DNA of 64,000 bases from an uncultured Acidobacteriota bacterium (GCA_963725075.1 CAVRXA010000026.1:46288-110287), one strand, 5' to 3'; shown: positions 9,347 through 19,693, numbered from the stretch's first letter. The notes: generated by a model not told the origin, from the letters alone. A program made the numbers and translations.

Positions 9347-9426
9347 GCTCTCCTCTTCACACAGGCCGACAAAAGATCATATGCACGGCTCGTTACTTAA
9401 CGGCTAACAATCCGGTGTGACGTTTT

Positions 9427-9981
9427 TCAGAGACCACCGATGTGTGAAATAGGCCAGATGGTGACAAATGCCTTCCCGATGAGGTCCTCGAGCGGTATCG
9501 GGCCGAATCGCCTGCTGTCGAAGGACGCGTCGCGGTTGTCCCCCATCACGAACACCTCGTCGGCGGCAACGGTTATGGCCGGCTCGTCGGGCATGAAGAC
9601 CTCCGGCAGATAGGGCTCTTCGATCGGAGTCCCATCGACCACGATCTGGTTGTTTGTGACCTCGACGGTCTCGCCGGGCAGGCCGATGACCCGCTTGATC
9701 AGGTCTTCGTGACCCCGCGTGCGGATGCCGACCGCCTCCAGGACTGACCGGATCACCGCTTCGGGGATCGACTCCTCGACTTCGTCCTCGCGCGGGTCAC
9801 GGAACACGACGACGTCGCCACGCTGAGGTTCGCCCCATTGATAGGCCAGCTTGTTCACCATGACCCGGTCGTTGACCTCGATGGTGGGAAGCATCGATTC
9901 CGACGGAATCCAGAACGGCTGCACCAGGAAGGTCTTTATGACGACCGCAATGGCCAGAGCAGTCAGGAGCAATCCGGGCAA
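9427..9981 (-). CDS. lepB: signal peptidase I
   Basis: Motifs IPSESMLPT, GDVVVF, RVIGLPGE and GDNRDASFDSR. The ORF-track start is TTG 9981. The open frame continues upstream to the rplS stop with no ATG/GTG/TTG (see findings). Confidence 0.85.
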   Translation of the reverse strand: MPGLLLTALAIAVVIKTFLVQPFWIPSESMLPTIEVNDRVMVNKLAYQWGEPQRGDVVVFRDPREDEVEESIPEAVIRSVLEAVGIRTRGHEDLIKRVIGLPGETVEVTNNQIVVDGTPIEEPYLPEVFMPDEPAITVAADEVFVMGDNRDASFDSRRFGPIPLEDLIGKAFVTIWPISHIGGL

Positions 9982-10058
9982 CTCGGCGAGGAACGAACGC
10001 CGGCGTGGCGGCGTCTCGGGGACCGTCTCCTCGTCGAGGGGGCTCGTGTCGTGCGAGA

Positions 10059-10403
10059 TCAGTCGCGGAGCTCCTTGATGCGGGCCGACTTTCCGACCCG
10101 ATCGCGCAGGTAGTAGAGCTTGGAGCGACGGACATCGCCACGACGGACGACCTCGATCTTGGAGATGATCGGGGCATGAACCGGGAAAACCCGCTCGACG
10201 CCGACCCCGAAACTCAACTTGCGGACGGTGAAGGAAGCCCGTGCCCCGGCCCGGTTCCGGGCGATGACAAGACCTTCGAAGATCTGAACGCGCTCCCTGC
10301 CGGCTTCGACCACGCGAACGTGCACTTTGACGGTGTCGCCGGCCCGGAAATCGGGGATATCGTCGCGGACGTGCGCGCTCTCAACAAGGTGAAGATCGTT
10401 CAT
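10059..10403 (-). CDS. rplS: 50S ribosomal protein L19
   Basis: 114 aa: [31 protein letters not shown]...FTVRK...[11 protein letters not shown]. Confidence 0.95.
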   Translation of the reverse strand: MNDLHLVESAHVRDDIPDFRAGDTVKVHVRVVEAGRERVQIFEGLVIARNRAGARASFTVRKLSFGVGVERVFPVHAPIISKIEVVRRGDVRRSKLYYLRDRVGKSARIKELRD

Positions 10404-10460
10404 GGAGGACTCCTAGAGGCGCCGGGAGTAGCTCGGTAGTCCCGGCCGAGGCGAATTGTA

Positions 10461-11144
10461 TCAGGTCTCTGAAGTCTCGCCATCCGGCAGCAGGTCAGGT
10501 CGGCGCTCCCTGGTGCGCCGCACCCGTTGCTCCCTTCTCCACTCCTCGATCATGGCGTGATTGCCGGAGAGGAGCACCTCGGGCACCTCCCATCCCTTGA
10601 AGTCGGCGGGCCGGGTGTATACCGGTTCCTCGAGCAAACCATCCCGGAACGACTCGCTCTCAGTCGAATCGGGATTCCCCACGACCCCGGGGAGCAACCG
10701 GGCAATTCCCTCGATGGCAAGCGCCGCCGCCACCTCGCCACCGGCGACGACAAAGTCGCCCAAAGAGGTCTCCTCGTCGATGTAGTTGTCGACCACCCGC
10801 TGGTCGACTCCCTCGAAGCGACCGCACACGAACGTGATCTCGGGCATCCCCGCCCAGCGGTCCAACGTGGACTGTGTGAGCGGCTCCCCGGCCGGAGTGA
10901 ACAAGACACGATGTGTGCCGGCCAGGGGCTCCAATGCGGTCGCCAGAGGCTCCACCATCATCACCATCCCCGGCCCACCCCCAAAGGGGGTGTCGTCCAG
11001 TTGGCGATGCCTGCCCACGCCGTGCTCGCGCAGGTCGAGCAGGACGACCTCGAGCAACCCGGCCTCCATGCCCCGGGCCACGATCGAGACTCCGAGAGGG
11101 CCTTCGAAGAAGCCGGGGAACATGGTCACGACGTTGATCCGCAC
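10461..11144 (-). CDS. trmD: tRNA (guanine37-N1)-methyltransferase
   Basis: VRINVVTMFPGFFEGPLGVSIV...DDTPFGGGPGMVM...VCGRFEGVDQRV...SLGDFVVAGGE. Start chosen at GTG 11144. The 32 codons up to the ORF-track start at 11240 have poor third-position G+C and no homology. Confidence 0.9.
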   Translation of the reverse strand: MRINVVTMFPGFFEGPLGVSIVARGMEAGLLEVVLLDLREHGVGRHRQLDDTPFGGGPGMVMMVEPLATALEPLAGTHRVLFTPAGEPLTQSTLDRWAGMPEITFVCGRFEGVDQRVVDNYIDEETSLGDFVVAGGEVAAALAIEGIARLLPGVVGNPDSTESESFRDGLLEEPVYTRPADFKGWEVPEVLLSGNHAMIEEWRREQRVRRTRERRPDLLPDGETSET

Positions 11145-11251
11145 GATGGGAAGGCTAGGGCGGGGCAGTAATGGCCGATATCCTCGGCTCTCGGGCGATT
11201 CCCCCGGCTCATCCAAAGAGTTGACATGTCCATTGACCAAGCACCGACAAC

Positions 11252-12736
11252 ATGACGCTGGATCATCTGCCGGTCGAGAGTGTCCTCCTCGTCGCTGCCG
11301 GCCTCATGGTCATCGGAGTCCTCATCGTCGGCGCCTCCGATCGGCTCCGGGTGCCCGCCGCCCTTCTCTCGCTCGGGATCGGCATGGTCTTCGGAAGCGA
11401 CGTCCTCGGTCTTGTCGACGTCAGCGACATGGAGATGGTCAGGGACATCAGCGTCATCGCGCTGATGATCATCCTGTTCGAAGGGGGCCTCACCACCAAG
11501 CCGTCCGTCCTGCGGGAGTCGGGAGTGCCGGGATTCGTCCTGGCCAACGTCGGTGTGCTGGTAACTGCAGCAGTCGTCGCCGCCGGAGTGCAGCTCCTGT
11601 TCGACTCGGGATGGGAGACAGCTTTGATCATCGGCGCAGTGGTCGCTTCGACCGACGCGGCGGTCGTCTTCGACGTGGTGCGACGCACTCCCATTCCGAA
11701 GCGGCTAGCCGGCATCCTCGAGATCGAGTCGGGCGTGAACGACCCGTTCGCCATCCTCCTCACGATCGGTCTCATCGAGGTCACCAGATCGAGTCCCGGG
11801 GTCGAGGACTGGCTGGTGTTCGGGGCCAGACAGCTCTTTGGGGGCGTGGCGGTTGGGCTGCTCGGAGGCTGGATCGGCGTGAGGCTGCTGAGGCTCCGTC
11901 TGAGATCCTCCGGCCTCTATCCGCTGTTGGCCCTGGCGATGGCAGGGCTCACCTTCGCCGTGGCCTCGTATCTCTCGAGCTCGGGGTTTCTGGCGGTCTA
12001 CATCTGCGGGCTCATGATCGGTGCGCTCGCCCCACGTCATCGCCGCGTGGTGCGGAGCTTTCACGCCAGTCTGGCCAACGGGGCGGACATCGCTCTCTTC
12101 CTGTTGTTGGGACTGCTCGTCTTCCCGGCCGAGCTGCCCGATGTGGCAATCCAGGCGTTGGCGGTCACGGCCCTCCTCTTACTGGTCGGCAGGCCGCTGT
12201 CCGTGGTACTGGCCATGCTGCCGTTCAGGTTGTCCTGGAAGGAGATGACCTTCCTCTCCTGGGCTGGTCTGCGCGGCGCGCTGCCCATCGTCCTCGCCAC
12301 GTTCCCGGCCACCGCCGGGGTCGCCGCCGGTGAAACCATCTTCAATCTGGTGTTCTTCGTGGTGGTTGTGTCGGCTCTGCTCCAGGGGACCACGATGGCG
12401 CCTCTGGCCAAGCGCCTCGGTCTGGTCGTCGATCGGCCCGCCTGGCAGTCGATCGCGGACGCAGTGGAGCTGGAGGATGTAGACGTCGATCTCATCGAGA
12501 TCGAGGTGACCAACGATCTCGCCCTGGTCGGCACCAAGCTGAGCAGCAACCCGCCACCCGATGGGATGCTGATCACGACGATGATTCGCGACCACAAGGC
12601 GACGATCCCCACCCCGGACACGGTGTTCGCTTCAGGGGACTTTCTCATGTTGGCCGTGAACAGCGGTCACGACCGGGTGCGAGAGGTGACGGCGTGGGCT
12701 CGGGGCGAGGTGACCGGGAGCGCTGAGGCCGACTAG
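11252..12736 (+). CDS. cation:proton (K+/H+) antiporter, CPA1 NhaP2/CvrA type with C-terminal TrkA-C-like domain
   Basis: 494 aa. The N-terminal ~400 aa are polytopic, with VASTDAAVVF and ESGVNDPFAILL motifs. The soluble C-terminal ~90 aa carry DVDLIEIEV...GTKLS. Confidence 0.8.
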   Translation: MTLDHLPVESVLLVAAGLMVIGVLIVGASDRLRVPAALLSLGIGMVFGSDVLGLVDVSDMEMVRDISVIALMIILFEGGLTTKPSVLRESGVPGFVLANVGVLVTAAVVAAGVQLLFDSGWETALIIGAVVASTDAAVVFDVVRRTPIPKRLAGILEIESGVNDPFAILLTIGLIEVTRSSPGVEDWLVFGARQLFGGVAVGLLGGWIGVRLLRLRLRSSGLYPLLALAMAGLTFAVASYLSSSGFLAVYICGLMIGALAPRHRRVVRSFHASLANGADIALFLLLGLLVFPAELPDVAIQALAVTALLLLVGRPLSVVLAMLPFRLSWKEMTFLSWAGLRGALPIVLATFPATAGVAAGETIFNLVFFVVVVSALLQGTTMAPLAKRLGLVVDRPAWQSIADAVELEDVDVDLIEIEVTNDLALVGTKLSSNPPPDGMLITTMIRDHKATIPTPDTVFASGDFLMLAVNSGHDRVREVTAWARGEVTGSAEAD

Positions 12737-13896
12737 CTGAGACGCTCGACGATCATCGCCATCCCCTGGCCCCCGCCCACACACATGGTCTCGAGTCCGA
12801 TGGTCTTGTCGAGGGTGCGAAGGTCGTTGATCAGTGTTCCCATGATTCGGGCTCCGGTCATGCCGAAGGGATGGCCGAGGGCGATCGCCCCACCGTGCGG
12901 GTTGAGACGATCGATGTCGATGCCCAACTCGTCGGCGCTGGCCAGGACCTGGGCGGCGAACGCTTCATTGATCTCGACGACATCGATGTCCTCGAGCTCC
13001 ATGCCGGCCTGGGCCAGGACGGCCCGCACTGCACCGACCGGGCCCATCCCCATGTACTCCGGTTCGAGACCGACCACAGATGAGGCGATGATCCGGGCCA
13101 TCGGCTGGAGCCCCAACTCAGATGCCTTCTCACCGGACATGACGAGGACCGCCGCCGAACCGTCGTTGAGTGGGCAGGAGTTGCCTGCCGTCACCGTGCC
13201 GTCGGGCTTGAACACCGGTGGGAGCTCGGCCAGCTTCTCGATGGTGGTGTTGGGACGCGGCCCGTCGTCGGCGGCGATGGTGCGACCGTCGGGTATTTCG
13301 ATCGGAGTGATCTCCCGGTCGAAGAATCCGTTCTTCTGGGCCTCGACCGCCCGGTCCTGGGATCGCTTGGCGAACTCGTCCATGCGCTCCCGGGTGATCC
13401 CGTACCTCTCGGCGACGTTCTCGGCAGTGTTGCCCATGGGGATGTAGACCTGGTCGATGAAGTCGTCACGGCTCTCGTCGGTGAATCGCGGGTTGAGGTC
13501 GTCGCTGTCGAATCCCTTGCCATAGGTTCGAGTCACCGAATCGACGCCTCCGGCCACATAGGTGTCCCCTTCGCCCCGCTCGATGGCATGAAAGGCCATG
13601 CGGATCGTCTGCAACGACGAGGCGCAGAAGCGATTCACGGTGGTGGCGGGGACACTCTCCGGCATCCCACCGAGGAGAGAAGCCGGGCGGGCCACGTTGA
13701 ATCCCTGCTCGTGATGGGTGAGGGCGCAACCAACCATGACGTCGGCGACCGAGGCGCGGTCCACCTGCGGAACCTTCGACATCAGGGCATCGATGGCGAA
13801 GCCCGCCAGGTCGTCGGCGCGGACATCGATCAGTGATCCTTTGTATGCACGGCCGATCGGAGAGCGAGTGGTGGCGACGATCACTGCTTCGGGCAT
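12733..13896 (-). CDS. acetyl-CoA C-acyltransferase (thiolase)
   Basis: MPEAVIVATTRSPIGRAYKGSL, active-site NRFCASSLQ, NEAFAAQ and GGAIALGHPFGMTGAR. Start at ATG 13896, preceded by GGGGGA. The ORF-track start is 13929. Confidence 0.9.
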   Translation of the reverse strand: MPEAVIVATTRSPIGRAYKGSLIDVRADDLAGFAIDALMSKVPQVDRASVADVMVGCALTHHEQGFNVARPASLLGGMPESVPATTVNRFCASSLQTIRMAFHAIERGEGDTYVAGGVDSVTRTYGKGFDSDDLNPRFTDESRDDFIDQVYIPMGNTAENVAERYGITRERMDEFAKRSQDRAVEAQKNGFFDREITPIEIPDGRTIAADDGPRPNTTIEKLAELPPVFKPDGTVTAGNSCPLNDGSAAVLVMSGEKASELGLQPMARIIASSVVGLEPEYMGMGPVGAVRAVLAQAGMELEDIDVVEINEAFAAQVLASADELGIDIDRLNPHGGAIALGHPFGMTGARIMGTLINDLRTLDKTIGLETMCVGGGQGMAMIVERLS

Positions 13897-13955
13897 GGTG
13901 TCCCCCAGTCGAGGATTTTGATCACGCACTCAATTTAGTGCGGTGCCAGTGATGC

Positions 13956-14516
13956 TCAGAGCGGCTCGATCAACCCCGGGATCGAGTTGATCTCCACCCG
14001 ACGGGCGTCCGTGTCGACCACCGGGACCAACTCGTCCACGAAAGGGATCTCGAATCTGGCCCCATCGTCGGTGGCGATAACCAGCCGATCCTGCCCGGGC
14101 CCGAAGACGACCCGTTCGACGATGCCGACCCGCTCGCCCGTCTCATCGAAGACGCTCAGCCCGGTCAGGTCCTCAGGCCAGAACTCACCATCCCCGAGCG
14201 GCCGACGCTCATCGACCGAGACAACGGAACCCCGGATCTCCTCCGCAGCCTCCCTGCTGCCGACCCCCTCGAATGCCACCTGGAAACCACGGTCGGCGCG
14301 ACGAACCGCCCGCACCACGTGCGGACGGTCCTCCAGATAGACGGTCGAACCGGGCTGGAGGCTGACCGTGTCCTCCTCGTCGACGTAGATCCCTAGGTAG
14401 CCATCGAGCCCGTGAGGCCGCCCCAGCCTCCCGATGACGAACCGCTCGGGATCAGTCGAGGAACTCGACGCCAGCGTTGATGCCCTCTTCGTCACCGGCG
14501 GCACCGGCGGCGGCAC
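13956..14516 (-). CDS. rimM: 16S rRNA processing protein RimM
   Basis: FVIGRLGRPHGLDGYL...PRC-barrel C-terminus (FWPEDLTGLSV...IPFVDELV). The start is uncertain: GTG 14516 or GTG 14495, both overlapping the KH gene. Confidence 0.85.
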   Translation of the reverse strand: MPPPVPPVTKRASTLASSSSTDPERFVIGRLGRPHGLDGYLGIYVDEEDTVSLQPGSTVYLEDRPHVVRAVRRADRGFQVAFEGVGSREAAEEIRGSVVSVDERRPLGDGEFWPEDLTGLSVFDETGERVGIVERVVFGPGQDRLVIATDDGARFEIPFVDELVPVVDTDARRVEINSIPGLIEPL

Positions 14517-14709
14517 GGATCGCCTTGGCCACCCGGCCCCGACGTCCGATGACCCGGCCCATGTCGCCCTTGGCGGTGCGGACCTCGGCCACCACCTCGT
14601 CGGGCCCTTGCTCGACCATGGTCACGGAGACCTCGTCGGGCTCCTCCACGATGCTCTTGACCACATAGGTCACCACTCGCTCGACGATCTCGCCTTTGGC
14701 CAAGATCAC
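14452..14709 (-). CDS. KH-domain RNA-binding protein (YlqC / Rv2908c-like)
   Basis: 85 aa containing [15 protein letters not shown], in the conserved position between rpsP and rimM. Confidence 0.8.
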   Translation of the reverse strand: MILAKGEIVERVVTYVVKSIVEEPDEVSVTMVEQGPDEVVAEVRTAKGDMGRVIGRRGRVAKAIRAAAGAAGDEEGINAGVEFLD

Positions 14710-15173
14710 TCCTCCTCGTTGGACGTGTCGGCTGCTATCTCCTCGACAGCCGGCTCGTCGGTAGCCGGTGTCTCGGTGACGGCTTCGTCTGCAGGCGCCG
14801 GCGTCTCGTCGACCTGCTCATCCGCAGGGGCAGGAGCCTCGGCGGGCACGGCAACTCCACTGGCGGCCTCCTCGGCCACGGGGCGCGTGGCGCCGACGGT
14901 GTGGATCTGGCCGGTGCGGACCTTCATGGTGTTCATCGCACCGGAGATGTTGAGGAGCTTCTCGACGGCCTCGGTGGGCTGGGCGCCCTTCGAGAGCCAT
15001 GATGTTGCCTTCTCGTTGTCGATCTCGACGAGCGACGGGTCTTGCTGCGGGTCATAACGCCCGATCTGCTCGATGTAGCGGCCATCACGCGGCGCACGGC
15101 CGTCAACCACCACGACGCGATACGAAGGGGTCTTCTTCTTCCCCATCCGCATCAATCTCATCTTCACGGCCAT
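14706..15173 (-). CDS. rpsP: 30S ribosomal protein S16 with Ala/Pro/Glu-rich C-terminal extension
   Basis: [42 protein letters not shown]..., followed by a low-complexity acidic tail of about 70 aa. Confidence 0.95.
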   Translation of the reverse strand: MAVKMRLMRMGKKKTPSYRVVVVDGRAPRDGRYIEQIGRYDPQQDPSLVEIDNEKATSWLSKGAQPTEAVEKLLNISGAMNTMKVRTGQIHTVGATRPVAEEAASGVAVPAEAPAPADEQVDETPAPADEAVTETPATDEPAVEEIAADTSNEEE

Positions 15174-15177
15174 CGAT

Positions 15178-16512
15178 TCACCTCTTGGTTCGCTGCGCCG
15201 GGAAGAGACCCTGCAACGAGGGGGCCCCTTTGCCTCCGGCCAGCATCTTCATCATCTTCTGCGCGTCGACGAACTGCTTGAGCACCCGATTCACGTCCTG
15301 GGGCCTGGTGCCCGAACCGGACGCGATACGGCGCTTTCGGCTGCCACCGATGAGCTTTGGGTTCCGGCGCTCTTCTGGAGTCATCGACTGAATGATCGCC
15401 TCGACGCGACGCAGGTCACGGTCGTCGACATCCACCTCGCGCATGAGCGAACCGGAGCCCGGGATCATAGCAAGGATGTCTTTCAGAGGCCCCATCCGCT
15501 TCATCGCCTGAAACTGTGCGAGGAAGTCTTCCAGGGTGAATTCGCCCTTCTGCAGCTTCTTCGCTGCTTTCTCCGCCTCCGCCTCATCAAAGGTCGCCTC
15601 GGCCTTCTCGATAAGGCCCATCACGTCGCCCATGCCCAGGATCCGGGAGGCCATGCGGTCGGGATAGAAGGGCTCGAGGTCGTCGAGACCCTCACCCACG
15701 CCGGCGAACTTCACCGGCGCCCCGGTCACTTCCCGCACCGAGATCGCGGCCCCACCTCTGGCGTCCCCGTCGAGCTTGGAGAGGACGACCCCGGTGAGCC
15801 CGACGCGCTCCTGGAACCCGGAAGCGACGTTGACTGCATCCTGGCCGGTCATGGCATCCACGACGAGGAGCACCTCGTCGGGGTCTGCCGCCTTGCGGAC
15901 ATCGTCCAATTCGCTCATCAGCTGTTGGTCGATCTGAAGACGGCCGGCGGTGTCGACGATCACCACGTCACGACCCGTCCGCGTCGCCTCCTTCATGGCG
16001 GCCTTGACCAGACGGGCGGGCTTGCCCTTGCGATCGACGAAGACCGGCACATCTATGCGGCCACCGAGAGTCTCGAGCTGATCTATCGCCGCCGGTCGCT
16101 GCAGGTCGGCCGCCACCAGCAAGGGCTTCTTGCCCTGGCTCTTGAGAAGACGAGCCAGCTTGCCGGCTGTGGTGGTCTTTCCCGAGCCCTGGAGCCCGAC
16201 CATGAGGATGGTCAGGGGCGGGGCAGTCTTCTTCAACGGCACCGCCTCGGACCCGAGGGTTGTAACCAGCTCCTCGTGGACGATCTTGATCACCTGTTGG
16301 CCGGGTGAGAGCGATTTGGAGACGTCCTCGCCCATGGCCCTGACCTTGACCCGTGCCAGGAAGTCCTTGACCACCTTGACGTTCACATCCGCCTCGAGCA
16401 GGGCGAGACGGACCTCGCGCAGAGCGGCGTCGATGTCTTTCTCGGAGAGACGCCCCTTGCCCTTCAGGGAGGCGAAGACGTCTTCGAATCGTTGGGTCAG
16501 GCTGTCGAACAT
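15178..16512 (-). CDS. ffh: signal recognition particle protein Ffh
   Basis: [34 protein letters not shown] and a Met-rich M domain (MKRMGPL...MIPG). Confidence 0.95.
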   Translation of the reverse strand: MFDSLTQRFEDVFASLKGKGRLSEKDIDAALREVRLALLEADVNVKVVKDFLARVKVRAMGEDVSKSLSPGQQVIKIVHEELVTTLGSEAVPLKKTAPPLTILMVGLQGSGKTTTAGKLARLLKSQGKKPLLVAADLQRPAAIDQLETLGGRIDVPVFVDRKGKPARLVKAAMKEATRTGRDVVIVDTAGRLQIDQQLMSELDDVRKAADPDEVLLVVDAMTGQDAVNVASGFQERVGLTGVVLSKLDGDARGGAAISVREVTGAPVKFAGVGEGLDDLEPFYPDRMASRILGMGDVMGLIEKAEATFDEAEAEKAAKKLQKGEFTLEDFLAQFQAMKRMGPLKDILAMIPGSGSLMREVDVDDRDLRRVEAIIQSMTPEERRNPKLIGGSRKRRIASGSGTRPQDVNRVLKQFVDAQKMMKMLAGGKGAPSLQGLFPAQRTKR

Positions 16513-16542
16513 GTCCCGCGAACGGTAGGTGGCGAGTGACCG

Positions 16543-18136
16543 CTAGGTCATGTCGCGTCGGCGGAAACCGACCAGACCGGCGGCGACCAGAGTGCCGGCT
16601 ACCACGAGTAGGACCGCCAAGGGCAACACCTCGATGTCATCGCCGAACACCGGGATATGCGTGAACGGGGACAGGTTCAGACTCCACTGCGGGAAACGAA
16701 GGATCTGGCCGAGCTGACCAAGGATCAGGCACGCCACCAGCACCCCCCAGCTCAGGCCCACCCTGTTGGGAGCGAGGCCGTACAAGGCCATGGCGGTGCC
16801 GGTCAGGATCCAGACCGCCGGGAGTTGAAGCATCGCCGCGCCGAGCACTCGCATGGCCTGGTCGGCGACATCGCCGACGATCGCCCCGTAGGTCGCACCG
16901 GCTACCAGCCCGGCGACCGCCAGGATCAGCACCGGCACTGCCAATCCGAAGATCAAATGGCTCCATGCAAATCGGGAACGTGGTGTCGCCGTTGCGAGCA
17001 CCCACTCGGCGCGCATGGCTTCCTCTTCCACATCGAGACGAAGAACGGCTCGAATGGCGTAGGCGGAAGTGATGAGGGCGATGATCCCGACGACCGTGGA
17101 GAAGAAGGTGTCGGTCAGCCCCTGTGCACCACCCATTTGCTCGAAGATCTCCTGCAATTGAGGATTGCCCTCGAGCATGCCCTGAATGCTGTCTCCGGCG
17201 GTCCCATAGACCGCCCCGAGCACGGCCAGCCCGACAGTCCAGCCCAACACGGAGCCGCGGTGCAGACGCCACGCCAACCCGAGCGGGCTGCTCAATCCCG
17301 GTGCCGCATCGGCGGGCCCGGGCCGGGGTGGGAGGGCACCGGCCCCCACGTCCCGTCTGGAAGCGACCAGCGCGGCTGTCGTGATGAGGAGAGCGGAAAG
17401 GCCCAGCCAGAGCAGAAACACCCACCACTCCTCGCCGGCGAAGGGCCGCAAACGGCTGAACCATCCGATCGGTGAGAGCCACGCAACCCATTCCGTCGCC
17501 TCCCCGCCCGAGTCGCCGGCCATCCGGAGGAGAAACGTGACGCCGGCGATACCGACTCCGATCCCCCGCGCCGTCGAGGACGCCTCGGTCAGCTGCGCCG
17601 CAACGGCTCCGACGCCGGCAAAGACGCGCAGCGACACCGGCGTAGCCCAGCCCGAAGGCGAATGATCCCGCCAGGGGAAGCCCGACTCCGGCCAATCCCG
17701 CAGTGAGCAGCCCCGCCACCAGGAAACCCGCACCGATGGTCACAGCCAACGCAGCCACCAACGGAGCGTGACGTCCGACCACGGTGGCCCCCAGCAACTC
17801 ACGCCTGCCGGTCTCCTCCTCCTCCCGGGTGTGCCGGATCATGGTCAGGATCGCCATGAGTGCCACGAAGAACGCACCCAGGGTGCCGGCGCGCCAGGCG
17901 GTGAGGCCGCCGATGCTCGAGTCGTACAGCGGTCCGAGAAGCGCCGTCAGCGCCGGGCTGGACGCAACTGTCGCCGCCAGCGCCTCGCGTGAGGCCAGGT
18001 CGGGGTAGAGGTCGATGAATGCAGTTGCCGTGAAGACGGGGACGATGACGAGGACTACCACCCAGATGCCGAGGCGGAGTCGCTCCCGGCGGAGGATGAG
18101 CCGGATGAGCTTCCCCGTCCCTGCCAGCGTGGTCAC
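16543..18136 (-). CDS. ABC exporter permease (large polytopic ABC-2 / antibiotic-exporter type), frame broken near 17634
   Basis: 16637..18136(-) is protein-like only to ...SFAFGLGYAGV. 16543..17733(-) is protein-like from SLRVFAGVGAVAAQ... onward. A single missing base at GGTGT/TCG joins them into one polytopic hydrophobic protein. Confidence 0.7.
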
Positions 18137-18145
18137 GCCGGAACC

Positions 18146-19027
18146 TCATCGTCCTCGTAGTGCCGGAGAAACAAGCTCCTCCAGCGTCGGCGGATGGCTC
18201 ACCAGGCTGCGAACGCCGAGCGGAGCGAGGGTCCGGACAACTTCATCGAGGCGATCCGAGTCCACTTCGAACTCCACCTTGTGATCGTGGAGACGGAGGT
18301 CGTGAACACCGGACAGCCCGGCCACAGGAGAAGGGTCAGAGCTCAACTCGGCGCTGATGGTGGTGCGGGTCAGATGGCGCAAGTCCGAAAGCGTGCCGCT
18401 CTCCACGGTCTTTCCCTTGCGGATGATGCTGACGCGGTCACAGAGGGCCTCGACCTCGGCGAGGATGTGACTGGCCAACAGCACAGTGCGCCCGGTGACT
18501 CGGTCCTCCTCGATGCATTTGCGGAACTGTTCCTCCATGAGCGGATCCAGTCCCGCAGTCGGCTCGTCGAGGATGAGGACCTCGACATCCGAGGCCAAGG
18601 CGGCGATCAGCGCCACCTTCTGACGGTTGCCCTTGGAGTAGGTGCGGCCCTTCTTGGTGGGGTCGAGGTCGAATCTCTCCAGCAGCATCGCCTTCCTCGA
18701 CTCGTCGAGGCCTCCTCGGAGCCGGCCGAGAAGATCGATCACCTCACCACCGGTGAGCTTGGGCCAGAGCGTCACATCCCCGGGGACATAGGCCAGCCGC
18801 CGGTGCAGCTCGGTGGCGTCGGCCCAGGGGTCACCTCCAAGCAAGGTCGCTGTGCCGGCATCGTGTCGGATCAGACCGAGCAGGACGCGGATGGTCGTGG
18901 TCTTGCCCGCGCCGTTGGGACCGAGGAAGCCGTGAACCTCGCCGGGGGCCACCTCCAGGTCGAGCCCGTCGAGGGCCCGGACATTCCCGAAGTTCTTGAC
19001 GAGGCCGGAGACAGAGATTGCAGACAT
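18146..19027 (-). CDS. ABC transporter ATP-binding protein (DrrA-like)
   Basis: Walker [10 protein letters not shown], signature YSKGNRQKV and Walker B VLILDEP. Confidence 0.9.
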   Translation of the reverse strand: MSAISVSGLVKNFGNVRALDGLDLEVAPGEVHGFLGPNGAGKTTTIRVLLGLIRHDAGTATLLGGDPWADATELHRRLAYVPGDVTLWPKLTGGEVIDLLGRLRGGLDESRKAMLLERFDLDPTKKGRTYSKGNRQKVALIAALASDVEVLILDEPTAGLDPLMEEQFRKCIEEDRVTGRTVLLASHILAEVEALCDRVSIIRKGKTVESGTLSDLRHLTRTTISAELSSDPSPVAGLSGVHDLRLHDHKVEFEVDSDRLDEVVRTLAPLGVRSLVSHPPTLEELVSPALRGR

Positions 19028-19031
19028 GTCG

Positions 19032-19060
19032 TTGAGAATACAGGGATTTCACACTATTGT
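19032..19060 (+). promoter_or_regulatory. sigma-A-type promoter candidate TTGAGA-N17-TATTGT for the regulator gene, probably giving a leaderless mRNA
   Basis: -35 at 19032-19037 and -10 at 19055-19060. The ATG at 19068 is 7 nt after the -10, and no Shine-Dalgarno is present. This is the only AT-rich patch in a 40-bp divergent gap. Confidence 0.45.
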
Positions 19061-19067
19061 AAATCTT

Positions 19068-19568
19068 ATGAATACCTCACGACAGAAGGTCTCGGAGACG
19101 AGGGACCTTCTGGCGTTCGTGGAGGAGTTCGCCCTGATCCTGGCTGAGACAGGCATGCCCCGGATGCCGGCCCGAGTCTTCGCCTACGCCCTCGCCGAGG
19201 ATGCCGATCGATACTCCGCCCGGGAGTTGGCCGAAGGGCTGGGGGTGAGCCCGGCTGCCATTTCGGGCGCCGTCCGCTACTTGACCCACGCCGGGATGTT
19301 GGGCAAGGAACGAGTGCCCGGCTCACGCAGCGACACCTATCGCATCTATGACGACGACGTGTGGCTGGCCATCACCAGCCAGCGCACCCCGCTGCTGAGG
19401 CGATGGAAGGACGTGCTGGAATCCGGCGTCTCTACGATCGGCCTCGATCGTCCGGGTGGAAGGCGCCTGAGCGAGACGATCGCCTTCCTCGACTTCATGC
19501 AGCGAGAGCTCCCCTCGTTGATGGAGAAATGGCATCGCGAGCGCCAGTCCCTCATCGAGGTCGATTGA
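19068..19568 (+). CDS. GbsR/MarR-family winged-helix transcriptional regulator
   Basis: FVEEFALILAETGMPRMPARVFAYALAEDADRYSARELAEGLGVSPAAISGAVRYLTHAGML. It is divergent from the ABC exporter. Start at ATG 19068; ORF-track start 18996. Confidence 0.7.
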   Translation: MNTSRQKVSETRDLLAFVEEFALILAETGMPRMPARVFAYALAEDADRYSARELAEGLGVSPAAISGAVRYLTHAGMLGKERVPGSRSDTYRIYDDDVWLAITSQRTPLLRRWKDVLESGVSTIGLDRPGGRRLSETIAFLDFMQRELPSLMEKWHRERQSLIEVD

Positions 19569-19585
19569 GCATCTCGCACTGACCG

Positions 19586-19657
19586 GGAACCGGATCCGAG
19601 CCCGCAACGTAATGCCCGAGAAGGGCGACGCGGCGGTCTCGGATTGCGTAAGGTTCC
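19586..19657 (+). other. candidate structured RNA element (nested helices) upstream of the cox operon
   Basis: Complementary pairs read from the sequence: GGAACC 19586-91 / GGTTCC 19652-57; ATCCGAG 19594-600 / CTCGGAT 19638-44; CCGC 19602-05 / GCGG 19630-33; GCCC 19614-17 / GGGC 19623-26 with loop GAGAA. Confidence 0.25.
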
Positions 19658-19664
19658 GGCGGGC

Positions 19665-19693
19665 AGGATTCCGGTGTACCCGGAATCCTTTGT
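19665..19693 (+). terminator. 10-bp perfect hairpin AGGATTCCGG-tgtac-CCGGAATCCT followed by TTTG
   Basis: Arms at 19665-19674 and 19680-19689, about 100 nt downstream of the regulator stop. Confidence 0.4.

Noticed and set aside
10786-12333. 515-aa ORF on the plus strand
   Set aside because: It is extremely Arg/Pro/Gly/Ser-rich with no motifs. It is antisense to trmD and out of frame with the well-supported antiporter gene. This is a typical shadow ORF of high-GC DNA.
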